Assembly (NCBI GenBank): GCA_041395605.1
Contig: JAWLAD010000009.1
Coordinates: forward strand, 14,707-78,706
From: Steroidobacteraceae bacterium
GTDB taxonomy: Bacteria > Pseudomonadota > Gammaproteobacteria > Steroidobacterales > Steroidobacteraceae
DNA length: 64,000 bases
Direction: 5' to 3'
Both the position numbers and the translations under genes were made by a program. The notes under the pieces were generated by a model. It was not told the origin of the DNA and ran no database searches. It worked only from the letters and a program-made list of their open reading frames with translations. Shown piece after piece: positions 10,795-20,250 of the stretch. The number at the start of each line of letters is the position of its first letter. Position 1 is the first letter of the stretch.

Positions 10795-12558
10795 GTGGTT
10801 TCCGACTCCGATGCATCGTCCCGCAGTCCCAGTGACGCCGGGCGATCCGGCTCGCGCACCGACGCGCTGCTGCGCGCCACCGGCGTGCGCATGGGGTGCG
10901 CAGCCGTCGCGCTGCTGACGGCGACGGGCAGCGTGCGCCGGATCTGGGCGCGCAGCGCGTCCGCCCGGCAATTCGCCGAAGCGCAGGTCGCCTCGCTGAA
11001 CGCCATCCTGGTCGAACGGGTCGTCGACCAGCGCAGTCGCGTTCTCAGCAACAAGGTCCGCCTGGTCCGCGAGGGGCCGGTCGTCGGCCGGGTCCTCGCG
11101 GTCCCGGTCGCCACGCACGCGCAGCGACCCGTCGGAGTCCTGGTCGCCGTGCAACGCGCCAAGGATCCGGCGTTCGGCAGCAGCGCCGTGCACGCGATGC
11201 GCGGCCTGTCGGAAACGATCTCGAGCCGCATGCTCCGCGAGCGCGATACCGCCACGGGCCTGATGACGTGGTCTGGCTTCAGCAGGCGGGTCGAACGCCT
11301 CGGTACTTCAGTAGACCCCGGCTCGCCCATCGCCGTGCTGTACGGCAACATCGACCGGCTGCACCTGCTGAACAACGCGCGTGGCATGGCCGCGGGCGAC
11401 CAGGTGATCATGCACGCGGCACACATCATCCGCCGCGAGCTTGCCAAGTCCAACGGGGTGGCCTGCCGGATCTCCGGTGACCGCTTCGTCGTCGCGCTGC
11501 CGGAGCGCGATACAAGCGCGGCGCGCAGTTTCGCCGACCAGACACGCACCGCCTTCGAAGCCGAGGCGCAGAAGATCTACGGCGCCGGCGAGGCGCTGTC
11601 GATGTCCTGGGGCGTGGTCGCGCGCCCCGCGCAGGCGCTCGAGGTCGACCAGGCAGTGACCGATGCCGAACTCGCCTGTCGCGCGGCGAAGGATCGCGGC
11701 CGCAACCGCGTCGAAGCCTATGAAGCGACGGATGCCAGCATGCTGCAGCGTCACGAGGACATCGACGCCGTGCGCCTGCTCAGCACCGCGCTGGAGTCCG
11801 ATCGCATCCTGCTGTACGCGCAGCCGATCGTGCCGCTGCTGAACACGGCACTGCCGGCGAGCTACGAGCTGCTGGTCCGGCTCGAAACCCCCAGTGGCCG
11901 CGTCGTGGAACCGGCCGAGTTCATGTCCGCGGCGGCCCGGTACCAGATGCTGCCCGAACTGGACCGGCGCGTGGTCGCGCGGGCGTTCAAGCAATTGCGC
12001 GCAGCAGTGGGCGATGCGGTGCGCCTGCCTTTCAATTTCTCGATCAACCTGTGCGGCCCGACGATCGGCGCTCCCGGGTTCGCGGACTGGATGATCGGGC
12101 AACTGCGCGAGCAACGCATTCCGCCGGACCAGTTGACGATCGAAATCACCGAGTCAGCGGCGGCGTCCAGCCTCGAAGCCCTGCAACGCTTCATCGACCG
12201 CTTGAACCGCGAAGGCGTGCGGTTTGCCGTCGATGATTTCGGCACCGGGGTCAACTCGCTGTCTTATCTGAAATCCTTGAACGTCTCGACCATCAAGCTC
12301 GATGGCTCCTACGTCCGCGACGTCGCCAGCGATGCCCGGTCGCAAGCGCTGGTGCGCGCCATCGTCCAGCTCGCCGACAGCATGGGCATCCTGACGATCG
12401 CCGAGTTCGTAGATTCCGTCGCGCTACGCACGCGGCTCGCGGAGATCGGCGTGCAGTTCGCGCAGGGTTGGGCCGTGGGCCGCCCCGAGCCACTGGCCGA
12501 ACTGCTGCAGGCGTTCGCCCCGGTCGAAGATACCCCGCTCGCCGCCTCCAGCGGCTGA
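10795..12558 (+). CDS. GGDEF-EAL protein with N-terminal sensory region (degenerate GGDEF, apparently intact EAL)
   Basis: ORF of 587 aa. The GGDEF position reads RISGDRF instead of GGDEF/GGEEF. The EAL domain has [20 protein letters not shown] and IKLDGSYV. The start (GTG 10795) is uncertain. Confidence 0.8.
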   Translation: MVSDSDASSRSPSDAGRSGSRTDALLRATGVRMGCAAVALLTATGSVRRIWARSASARQFAEAQVASLNAILVERVVDQRSRVLSNKVRLVREGPVVGRVLAVPVATHAQRPVGVLVAVQRAKDPAFGSSAVHAMRGLSETISSRMLRERDTATGLMTWSGFSRRVERLGTSVDPGSPIAVLYGNIDRLHLLNNARGMAAGDQVIMHAAHIIRRELAKSNGVACRISGDRFVVALPERDTSAARSFADQTRTAFEAEAQKIYGAGEALSMSWGVVARPAQALEVDQAVTDAELACRAAKDRGRNRVEAYEATDASMLQRHEDIDAVRLLSTALESDRILLYAQPIVPLLNTALPASYELLVRLETPSGRVVEPAEFMSAAARYQMLPELDRRVVARAFKQLRAAVGDAVRLPFNFSINLCGPTIGAPGFADWMIGQLREQRIPPDQLTIEITESAAASSLEALQRFIDRLNREGVRFAVDDFGTGVNSLSYLKSLNVSTIKLDGSYVRDVASDARSQALVRAIVQLADSMGILTIAEFVDSVALRTRLAEIGVQFAQGWAVGRPEPLAELLQAFAPVEDTPLAASSG

Positions 12559-12691
12559 CCGCCGGGCCAGCCAGCCTGGTCATGGAAACCCGGATTCCGG
12601 GTTCCATGTGATGCAGTTCTCGCCGCGCTCGCGGATCGCAGCCGTTAATGGCTTCGACGGCACGCGCAGTCCAAATTCGGCGAGGACAGAG

Positions 12692-14524
12692 ATGGACATA
12701 TCGATTCTGGTTGCTGCAGTGGCGGGAATGCTGGTCGGCGCCGGCGCCTTCGCGCTCTGGCTTCGCAGGCACACGGCGACCGATCCACGCATCCGGGCGG
12801 CACTCGATGCGACGCGGACCAACGTCATGATCGCCGACGAGAACCTGAACATCGTGTACCTGAACTCGACGGTGCACGAGATGATGCGCGCGGCCGAAGC
12901 GGACATCCGCACGGACCTGCCGAACTTCCGCGCGGATGCACTGCTTGGTGCCAACATCGACGTATTCCACAAGCAGCCGTCCCACCAGCGCACGCTGCTC
13001 GCTGGCCTCAAGAAGACACACGAATCACAGCTGCAGGTCGGCGGTCGCAGCTTCCGCATCATTGCCAACCCGATCCACGATGCGGCAGGCCGCCATACCG
13101 GAACGGTCGTCGAGTGGGAGGACATCACGGCGCAATTGAAGCGGGACGCCGCGGATCGTGCCGAGGCCGAGCGGCAGGCGCGCCTGGCCGCCGAGAACCT
13201 GCGCATCCGGCAGGCACTGGACAATGTATCGACCAACGTCATGGTTGCAGATCGCGACCTGAACATCGTCTACATGAACCAGACGGTGCGCGACATGATG
13301 CGCAACGCCCAGCAGGATATCCGCAAGGACCTGCCCGGGTTCGACGTCGATCGGCTGATGGGCGCGAACATCGACGTGTTCCATCGCAATCCGGCGCACC
13401 AGCGCAACCTGCTGGCAACGCTTTCGCAGACGTTCACCTCGAACCTCACCGTCGGCGGTCGCAGCTTCCGCATCATCGCCAACCCCGTCCGCGACGAGGC
13501 CGGCCGCCATGTCGGCACGGTGGTCGAATGGGCGGACCGCACCGAGGAAGTGCGCACCGAGCAGGAAGTGCAACGCGTCGTCGACGCCGTCGCCGCCGGC
13601 GACCTGCGCGATCGCATCTCGCTCGACGGCAAGAGCGGTGTGTTCCGGCGCATCAGCGAGGCCATCAACCAATTGGCGGACGACCTGACGTCGCTGATCT
13701 CGACGATGCAATCGGCCGCGCAGGAGATCCAGCGCGGTACCTCGGACATCGCCGTCGGCAACGACGACCTGTCGCGACGCACCAGCGAGCAGGCCGCGAG
13801 CCTCGAGCAGACCGCCGCCAGCATCGAGGAAATCACCTCGACGGTCGCCCAGACCGCCGACAATGCGACCCGCGCCAAGGACCTCGCGGCGGACGCGCGC
13901 AAGACCGCCGACGACGGCGGCGACGTGGCGCGCCAGGCCATCGACGCGATGACGGGCGTCACCGAGGCGAGCAGGAAGATGGCGGAGATCATTGTCGTCA
14001 TCGACGACATCGCGTTCCAGACCAACCTGCTGGCCCTCAACGCGGCCGTCGAGGCGGCGCGCGCCGGCGAGCAGGGCCGTGGCTTCGCGGTCGTCGCTTC
14101 GGAGGTCCGGACGCTGGCGCAGCGCAGCGCCGACTCCGCCAAGGAGATCAAGAAGCTGATCGAGGACAGCCTGCGCAAGGTCGAATCAGGATCATCGCTC
14201 GTCACGCGGTCCGGCGGCACGCTCCAGCAGATCGTCGATGCGGTGCGCAAGGTGTCGGACATCGTCGTCGAGATCGCGGCCGCCACCCATGAACAGTCGT
14301 CGGGCATCGACCAGATTAATTCGGCGATCACCCACCTCGACAAGATCACGCAGAGCAACGCAGCGCTCGTCGAGGAAGCCACGGCTGCCAGCCGCTCCAT
14401 GGCCGACCAGAGCCAGCAGCTGTTCGACCTGGTGTCGCGCTACGACGTGGGCGGCAAGTCGACGCCGCGAGCCGCAGATGCGGGCAAGCCCCGCGCTACG
14501 TCGCTGCGGGCGGTGTCCAGCTGA
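12692..14524 (+). CDS. methyl-accepting chemotaxis protein with two tandem PAS domains
   Basis: Inner ATG (RBS gaggacag) of ORF 12608-14524. It has one N-terminal TM helix. Two very similar PAS modules follow ([18 protein letters not shown]... and [18 protein letters not shown]..., each ending [11 protein letters not shown]...GTVVEWxD). The highly conserved MCP signalling domain then follows ([40 protein letters not shown]). Confidence 0.9.
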   Translation: MDISILVAAVAGMLVGAGAFALWLRRHTATDPRIRAALDATRTNVMIADENLNIVYLNSTVHEMMRAAEADIRTDLPNFRADALLGANIDVFHKQPSHQRTLLAGLKKTHESQLQVGGRSFRIIANPIHDAAGRHTGTVVEWEDITAQLKRDAADRAEAERQARLAAENLRIRQALDNVSTNVMVADRDLNIVYMNQTVRDMMRNAQQDIRKDLPGFDVDRLMGANIDVFHRNPAHQRNLLATLSQTFTSNLTVGGRSFRIIANPVRDEAGRHVGTVVEWADRTEEVRTEQEVQRVVDAVAAGDLRDRISLDGKSGVFRRISEAINQLADDLTSLISTMQSAAQEIQRGTSDIAVGNDDLSRRTSEQAASLEQTAASIEEITSTVAQTADNATRAKDLAADARKTADDGGDVARQAIDAMTGVTEASRKMAEIIVVIDDIAFQTNLLALNAAVEAARAGEQGRGFAVVASEVRTLAQRSADSAKEIKKLIEDSLRKVESGSSLVTRSGGTLQQIVDAVRKVSDIVVEIAAATHEQSSGIDQINSAITHLDKITQSNAALVEEATAASRSMADQSQQLFDLVSRYDVGGKSTPRAADAGKPRATSLRAVSS

Positions 14525-16733
14525 GCGAAGCGCTGGCGGTGATCGGCAGCGTGCGGATCCGCGCGCCCGTCGCCGCGAACACGGCGTTACACAACGCCGC
14601 CGCGATCGGTGGCGTGCCGGGCTCCCCCAGCCCGCCGGGCGCCGCCGTCGAAGCGATGAACTCGACTTCGACCAGCGGTGCGTCCGGCATGCGCAACAGC
14701 GGATAATCGTGGAAGTTGGCCTGCACGACCTGGCCCGCCTCCAGGGTAACCTGCTCCCCGAGCGCAGCCGACAAACCAAACAGCAGACCGCCTTCGATCT
14801 GCGCCTTCGCGGTATCCGGATTGACGACGACGCCGCAATCAACCACGGCCCAGGCCCGCTCGACGCGCAGCGCGCCGTCGGCGGCGACGGCAACGTCGCA
14901 GACCTGCGCGACGATGCTGCCGAAGCTGTCGACGATGGCCACGCCCCTGCCGCGGCGTACACCAGCCACAGCATCCAGCGTTGCGCGAGGCTGCTCGCGC
15001 CAACGCGCCAGCACGGCCACGCGCTCCAGCACCGCGCGGTGCCGCGGGCGCGTTCCCATGTGGGCCAGCCTGAACTCCAGCGGGTCTTCGCCAGCCGCGT
15101 GAGCAAGCTCGTCGGCGAACGATTCGACGAAATACCCATGCTGCGAGAACGCGACCGAACGCCAGGTGCCCTCCGGCACGTGGCTCTGCATCGGCACGCT
15201 GCGGATGTCCTGGTTGGGTATGTCGTACAGCGGGTGCGCTGCCGTGCCTTCGCTGCGCCCGGTATAGCGACCGCGCCACGCCAGCGGCGCGCCGCGCCCA
15301 TCGAGACTGGCTTCGAAGCGCGCGCTCACGGCAGGCCTGTAATAGCAATGGCGCAGGTCCTGCTCGCGACTCCAGGTCAGCTTGACTGGCGCCGGCGCGA
15401 CCGCCATCGCGATGCGCGTCGCCTGCTCGACGTAGTCGCCTTCATGCGGCATGCGTCGGCCGAACCCGCCGCCGCTGGGGCAATTGTGGACAGTCACCGA
15501 TTCGGGGTCGATACCCGTGACCTTCGACACCCGGCGGCGTGTTTGCAGCGGATCCTGCACGCCGGTCCACATCTGCGCTCGGCCGGAGTCGATCTGCACG
15601 GTGGCAGACATCGGCTCCATCGTCGCGTGATACAGGTACGGGACGTCGTACTCGGCGGAGATCCGCTGCGCGCCGGCCGCGAGCGCGGCGTCGACATCGC
15701 CCAGCTCGCGGTCCTGCTTGCCACGCTCGCTGCGCAATGACTGACGTTGCGTATCCCGCCAGGCCGTGCTCGTGAAGGCCTCGTGTCCCGCGCTGCCGAA
15801 ACGCGGCGCCAGTGCGGCCAGCGCCGTCTGCGCCTGCCAGGTCGTGTCGGCGACGACGGCGACGGCGTCCTCGAGTTCGACGACCCGGCGCACGCCTGGT
15901 CGCGCGAGCGCAGGCGCAGGGTCGACCGACTCCAGCCTTCCGCCGAACACGGGCGCTGCCATGAGTGCCGCATACAGCATGCCGGGCTGCCGCATGTCGA
16001 TCGCATACACGGCACTGCCATCGGTTTTCGCAGGCACGTCGAAGCGGTTCCGTGGCGTGCCGACGATGCGGTAGTCCGCCGGTGCCTTGAGCGCCGGATG
16101 CTGCGGCGGTTCGAGCCGGGTCGCGGCTTCGAGGAACTCCGCGTAGCCGGCACTGCGGCCACTGGCCGCATGCAAGATGCGCGAGTCGCGTGTCGTGAGC
16201 GCCGCCACGGGCACCGACCAGCTCGCCGCCGCGGCCCGCAGCAGCATGTCGCGCGCCGCAGCGCCCGCGATGCGCAGGCCATGCCAGCCCGTGCCGCGCA
16301 CGCTGACGCTGCCGCCCGTGATCTGGAAATCGAGCAGCTGCGTCAGCTTGAACGCCGACCAGTCGGCGCCGCGATCGAGCATGCGCGGCAGCTGCAGCGC
16401 GCCGCCCAGGAAGCCGCGAAGCACGTGCCCGTTCGCGTAATCGTCGGTCGCGGTGCCTCCTCGACCCGCACCTGCGCCCAGTCGGCGTCGAGCTCTTCGG
16501 CCAGCAGCATCGCCAGCGCGTGTGCGTACCCTGGCCCAGGTCCGCATGCGGCACGATCGCGACGACTTCGCCGGCGGCGCGAGCCGGACCCAGGTCGCGA
16601 GCTGCCCGGCCTTCGCATCCGGCCGCAGCGCCAGCCGGTTCGGCGCGAACGCGACGACGCCGACACCGACCAGCAGCGCGCCGCCGACGACACCGCCGGT
16701 GGCGAGCAACGTGCGACGCGTCCACTTACCCAT
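14496..16733 (-). CDS. molybdopterin-binding oxidoreductase subunit (IorB / aldehyde-oxidase beta-subunit family); N-terminal ~40 codons scrambled by compensating indels
   Basis: ORF of 745 aa with a Tat-like N-terminus ([23 protein letters not shown]) and long IorB-like sequence. Residues ~53-95 (16451-16577) are nonsense in this frame. The expected sequence ([15 protein letters not shown] / [23 protein letters not shown]) is encoded in the other two frames. Confidence 0.8.
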   Translation of the reverse strand: MGKWTRRTLLATGGVVGGALLVGVGVVAFAPNRLALRPDAKAGQLATWVRLAPPAKSSRSCRMRTWARVRTRAGDAAGRRARRRLGAGAGRGGTATDDYANGHVLRGFLGGALQLPRMLDRGADWSAFKLTQLLDFQITGGSVSVRGTGWHGLRIAGAAARDMLLRAAAASWSVPVAALTTRDSRILHAASGRSAGYAEFLEAATRLEPPQHPALKAPADYRIVGTPRNRFDVPAKTDGSAVYAIDMRQPGMLYAALMAAPVFGGRLESVDPAPALARPGVRRVVELEDAVAVVADTTWQAQTALAALAPRFGSAGHEAFTSTAWRDTQRQSLRSERGKQDRELGDVDAALAAGAQRISAEYDVPYLYHATMEPMSATVQIDSGRAQMWTGVQDPLQTRRRVSKVTGIDPESVTVHNCPSGGGFGRRMPHEGDYVEQATRIAMAVAPAPVKLTWSREQDLRHCYYRPAVSARFEASLDGRGAPLAWRGRYTGRSEGTAAHPLYDIPNQDIRSVPMQSHVPEGTWRSVAFSQHGYFVESFADELAHAAGEDPLEFRLAHMGTRPRHRAVLERVAVLARWREQPRATLDAVAGVRRGRGVAIVDSFGSIVAQVCDVAVAADGALRVERAWAVVDCGVVVNPDTAKAQIEGGLLFGLSAALGEQVTLEAGQVVQANFHDYPLLRMPDAPLVEVEFIASTAAPGGLGEPGTPPIAAALCNAVFAATGARIRTLPITASASLSWTPPAAT

Positions 16734-16739
16734 GCTGAA

Positions 16740-17305
16740 CCTCGGGCAAGCGCGTAGCGCAATACCGCGAACACCAGCAGCATGCTGACGATCACGTCGC
16801 CGAACGTCGTGTAGTACAGCCAGACATCCTTGGACATGAACACGGCGACAAGCGCATTCAGCCCGGCCATCACCAGGCCCAGCATGCCCATGCCCAGCGC
16901 CAAGCGCTGCGGATCGATGGGTTGTGGCATGTAGCGGCCCAGGCGCAGCCCGAAGTACCTCCTGCCGCGCAGCAGCCGTCGCCGAACATCAGGGCGGCGA
17001 TCGCATCCGAGGAAGGTGCTCTTCAACTTGACGGCCCAGTCGCTGTCGAACGCGTATGAAAAGCCGGCGGACAGCAGCAGCACGACGACGCCGAACATCG
17101 CAAGGCCACCGAGCAGGTCGACCCGCACGAAGCGCTGCACGACGACCAGACCCAGTCCGGCTGCCGCCGTGACCAGCGCCGACAGCGCGAGGTCGTCGGT
17201 CAGTTTCGCGAGCACGAAAAACAGCCCGCCGATGCCCAGATCGGCGTAGATCGAGTACTTGTTGCGGTGCCACTGCGCGATCGCAGCGTCGTCGGTGTGC
17301 GTCAT
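16740..17305 (-). CDS. polytopic inner-membrane protein (septation-protein-A/YciB-like); 3' end uncertain
   Basis: Part of ORF 16343-17587, from ATG 17305 (MTHTDDAAIAQWHRNKYSIYADLGIGGLFFVLAKL...). It has several hydrophobic helices. In this frame it has no stop before the iorB-like start and reads on into that gene. A one-base shift would give ...EVQHG-TAA overlapping that ATG. The family call is tentative. Confidence 0.45.
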
Positions 17306-17558
17306 TGGCCGCGATCCATGCGGAGCAGGTTCAAGCCTAGCACGCAGCCATGCGCGCGATCGCCGGCGAACGCTCAGGAGCCGCCGGAACGGTCCTGCAG
17401 TGCGTCGCGAATCTGTTCGAGCGAGGGTGTTGGTCTGCCGCAGCGCCGTGTAGACACCGGCGACCAGACCCAGCAGCAGCAATCCAAAAGCCCAGATCAT
17501 CACGGTCGTACCAGCCTCGTGCGCATGCGCGTCGGATCCGCCGGCAGGCGATCCGAAG

Positions 17559-17633
17559 TGGAGCGGGTGATGGGAATCGAACTCCACGTTAGTAGCTTGG
17601 GAAGCTACAGTTCTACCATTGAACTACACCCGC
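17559..17633 (-). tRNA. tRNA-Gly (anticodon CCC)
   Basis: The reverse complement reads GCGGGTGTAGTTCAATGGTAGAACTGTAGCTTCCCAAGCTACTAACGTGGAGTTCGATTCCCATCACCCGCTCCA. The acceptor stem is GCGGGTG/CACCCGC, and a D-arm is present. The anticodon stem is GTAGC/GCTAC with loop TTCCCAA. The T-loop is TTCGATT, and the 3' CCA is encoded. The T-stem pairs poorly unless the A at 17583 is removed. Confidence 0.85.
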
Positions 17634-17689
17634 GACTGCCGTGAAGTAGGTGCGCCGCCGCGCGTCGCAAGCTGGACGACGGTGGTGGC

Positions 17690-18766
17690 TTACGATTCGC
17701 GCAACACCGCCTGTTCCTGCTCGGCACTGGGCCAACCCTCGGCCGCGGCGCGACGTCGGGCGTCTGTGCCCGCCATTCCAGCGTCGCGCGCGCGGTGCTC
17801 GGCGAGCGGCCTGGGCTGCAGGCCGGCGCGGTAGGCGGGCTGCGACTCGTAACGCCGCTGGCGCGTGTTGGACGAGAACAGCGGCAGGCCGACCTTGTGC
17901 CGGGCGAGCGCGTCGGCATTCGCCCAGCGGAAACTGACCGGCTGCGTCGCGAGCGGCGCGAGGGTCTCGAGGACCTGGCGCCAGGTCGTGGGCTCGACGG
18001 GCCCGGCGGCGTTGAACACGCCCGCGACGTCGCGCTCGGCGAGCTGCACGGTCCACGGACACAGGTCGCGGGCGTCGATCCAGTTCAGCAGCAGGTCCGG
18101 CTGCGAAGGCCCGAGCACTTCGCCGCCGCGCGCGACGCGTTCGACCCAGTAGGTGAAGCGGTCGGTGTCGTCGCCCGGCCCGAACACGAACGGCGGCCGG
18201 ACGACAGTCAGGCGTCGCCCCAGCACCGCGGTGGCGACGCGTTCGCACTCCGCCTTGAGCGGACCGTAGGTGCGCCCGTCGACCGTCTCGGTGGCAGGCG
18301 TCGGCGCGGCATGCAGCGGCGATGCCTCGGTGTAGGTCGGCCCGCCGGCCGGGTCGTAGACCGCCACGGTCGAGACGAACACGTAGCGCCGGACCCGGTC
18401 GCGCAGCAGCCTCGCGCTGTCCTCGACATGACGCGGCACGTATCCCGAGTTGTCGATGACGGCATCCCAGCGGCGCTTGCCTGCGAGCGCACCGAGGCCG
18501 GCGCCGACCTTGGCGTCACGATCGCCGAGCAGCACCTCGACGCGCCCGCCAAAAGGCTGGCTGGCGGAGCGACCGCGGTTGAACAGCGTGACGCGATGGC
18601 CCCGCGCCAGCGCGTACTCGACCTGGTGGATGCCGAGGAAGCCGGTGCCGCCGAGGAACAGCAGGTCGAGCGGTCGGCGCGCGGCGCGCACCTCGGCCCG
18701 TCCTGGCAACGAGGCGAGCGCGAGCAGCGCTGCACCGTGCTGCAGCAGGGAGCGACGGTCGATCAT
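17690..18766 (-). CDS. Tat-signal NAD(P)-dependent epimerase/dehydratase (extended SDR) family protein
   Basis: ORF of 358 aa. The N-terminus MIDRRSLLQHGAALLALASLPGRA looks like a twin-arginine signal. A Rossmann motif follows (LFLGGTGFLG), with SDR-like sequence throughout. Confidence 0.7.
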   Translation of the reverse strand: MIDRRSLLQHGAALLALASLPGRAEVRAARRPLDLLFLGGTGFLGIHQVEYALARGHRVTLFNRGRSASQPFGGRVEVLLGDRDAKVGAGLGALAGKRRWDAVIDNSGYVPRHVEDSARLLRDRVRRYVFVSTVAVYDPAGGPTYTEASPLHAAPTPATETVDGRTYGPLKAECERVATAVLGRRLTVVRPPFVFGPGDDTDRFTYWVERVARGGEVLGPSQPDLLLNWIDARDLCPWTVQLAERDVAGVFNAAGPVEPTTWRQVLETLAPLATQPVSFRWANADALARHKVGLPLFSSNTRQRRYESQPAYRAGLQPRPLAEHRARDAGMAGTDARRRAAAEGWPSAEQEQAVLRES

Positions 18767-18784
18767 GGCAGGGCCTCCTCCGGT

Positions 18785-19696
18785 TCAGTCGATGCGCCAG
18801 GGCGCAGCCTGCGCGAACTGCGCCGCGAGATCATCCACCAGTTGCCGGACCTTTGCAGACAGATGCCGCCGGCTCGGATAGACGGCCGAGATCACAGCCT
18901 CTTCGGGTCTATAGTGAGACAGTATCTTTACAAGGCGACCTGACTGAATCTCTGGCGCAACGATAAAGTCCGGCTCGAACGCAATCCCAAGCCCCGCGAC
19001 CGCCAGCGCGACCAGCATCCGGCCGTTGTTGGCGCGGTGACCGAGAGGCACGCGCACGTCGACGGGTTCATCGCTCGGATCGCGGAAGCGCCAGGTATTG
19101 GGCACGGCGAGCTGCGTGTAGGACAGGCAGTGGTGATGCGCGAGATCGGCCGGATGCTGCAGCGGTTCGCGCGCCGACGCCAGGTAGTCGGGCGCGGCGC
19201 AGCAGACCATGCGGCTGCCGCCGAGACGGCGCGCGATCAGTCCCTGGTGCAGCACCGGCCCGATGCGGATGCCGAGGTCGAAGCCCTCCTCGACGAGGTC
19301 GACGCGCCGGTCCGACAGATCGAGGTCGAGCTCGATCGCCGGATGGCGGCGCGCGAACTGCGCCAGCGCCGGCGCCAGGTAGCGCACGCCGAAGGTCACG
19401 CCGCAGTTGATGCGCAACCGGCCGCGCAGGTCGGCGGCCGTGGACCGCACCGAAGCTTCCGCTTCTGCGAGATCGGCGACGACCTGGGCGGCGCGCTCGA
19501 AGAAGGCCTGGCCGGCATCGGTCAGCGACAGGCGCCGCGTGGTCCGCTGCAGCAAGCGCGCGCCCAGATGCGCTTCGAGGTCCGCGACCTGACGCGATAC
19601 CGCGGAGGTCGATCGCTCGAGCCGATCTGCGGCGCGCGCGAAGCTGCCCAGCTCGACGACTTTGACGAAGGTCTGGAGGGCTGCCAGCGTATCCAT
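18785..19696 (-). CDS. LysR family transcriptional regulator
   Basis: ORF of 303 aa. It has the canonical LysR HTH (LQTFVKVVELGSFARAADRLERSTSAVSRQVADLEAHLGARLLQRTTRRLSLTDAG). It is divergent from the DoxX gene. Confidence 0.9.
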   Translation of the reverse strand: MDTLAALQTFVKVVELGSFARAADRLERSTSAVSRQVADLEAHLGARLLQRTTRRLSLTDAGQAFFERAAQVVADLAEAEASVRSTAADLRGRLRINCGVTFGVRYLAPALAQFARRHPAIELDLDLSDRRVDLVEEGFDLGIRIGPVLHQGLIARRLGGSRMVCCAAPDYLASAREPLQHPADLAHHHCLSYTQLAVPNTWRFRDPSDEPVDVRVPLGHRANNGRMLVALAVAGLGIAFEPDFIVAPEIQSGRLVKILSHYRPEEAVISAVYPSRRHLSAKVRQLVDDLAAQFAQAAPWRID

Positions 19697-19803
19697 CGCT
19701 CTTATTATCCCATTTCACGCATCAATATGTTTCCTATCCGGCCATTTATCTCTCCATAGAACACGATCAAAGTCTCCGCACCTCATCTCAACGGAGCCGA
19801 CCG
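19697..19803. promoter_or_regulatory. AT-rich divergent promoter/operator region between the LysR gene and the DoxX operon
   Basis: A 107-nt intergenic stretch that is conspicuously AT-rich for this genome (cttattatcccatttcacgcatcaatatgtttcctatccggccatttatctctccatagaacacgatcaaag). LysR regulators usually bind in such divergent regions. No specific site is claimed. Confidence 0.4.
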
Positions 19804-20247
19804 ATGCAAACCCAAAACCCCCGCAATGTCGCCCTCGCCGCCCTGCTGCTGCGCCTGGGGCTGGGCGGGATGTTCATCGCCCACGCACTGCTGAAGTACT
19901 TCGTGTTCACGTTGCCAGGCACGGCGCAGTTTTTCGGTGCGCTGGGACTGCCCCCATGGCTCGCTTACCCGACATTCGCCGCGGAGCTGATCGGCGGCGC
20001 GCTGCTGGTCGCGGGTTGGCAAACGCGCGTCATCGCGCTCGCCCTGTTGCCGGTGATGCTCGGCGCGACCTGGGCCCATGCCGGCAACGGCTGGCTGTTC
20101 TCGGCGCCGCAGGGCGGCTGGGAGTATCCCGCCTTCCTGACGCTGGGCCTCGTCGTGCAGGCACTGCTCGGCGACGGCGCGCTTGCGCTGCGCCGCGCGG
20201 CACTCAGCGCGGCGCCGCGCGCGGCGACCACGGCCATCGGGCGCTGA
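19804..20247 (+). CDS. DoxX family membrane protein
   Basis: ORF of 147 aa with a DoxX-like pattern (LLLRLGLGGMFIAHALLKYF...AELIGGALLVAGWQTR...) and four hydrophobic segments. Confidence 0.8.
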   Translation: MQTQNPRNVALAALLLRLGLGGMFIAHALLKYFVFTLPGTAQFFGALGLPPWLAYPTFAAELIGGALLVAGWQTRVIALALLPVMLGATWAHAGNGWLFSAPQGGWEYPAFLTLGLVVQALLGDGALALRRAALSAAPRAATTAIGR

Positions 20248-20250
20248 ACC

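Noticed and set aside
17306-17500. Possible small membrane protein (MIWAFGLLLLGLVAGVYTALRQ...) between the tRNA and the membrane-protein gene
   Set aside because: It only makes a plausible stand-alone peptide after assuming a frameshift. It is short and lies in the most error-dense patch, so the evidence is too weak to call a gene.
17559-18766. tRNA gene as an integration hotspot or genomic island boundary
   Set aside because: There is no integrase, no direct repeat of the tRNA 3' end and no compositional break on either side. The flanking genes are ordinary chromosomal genes.
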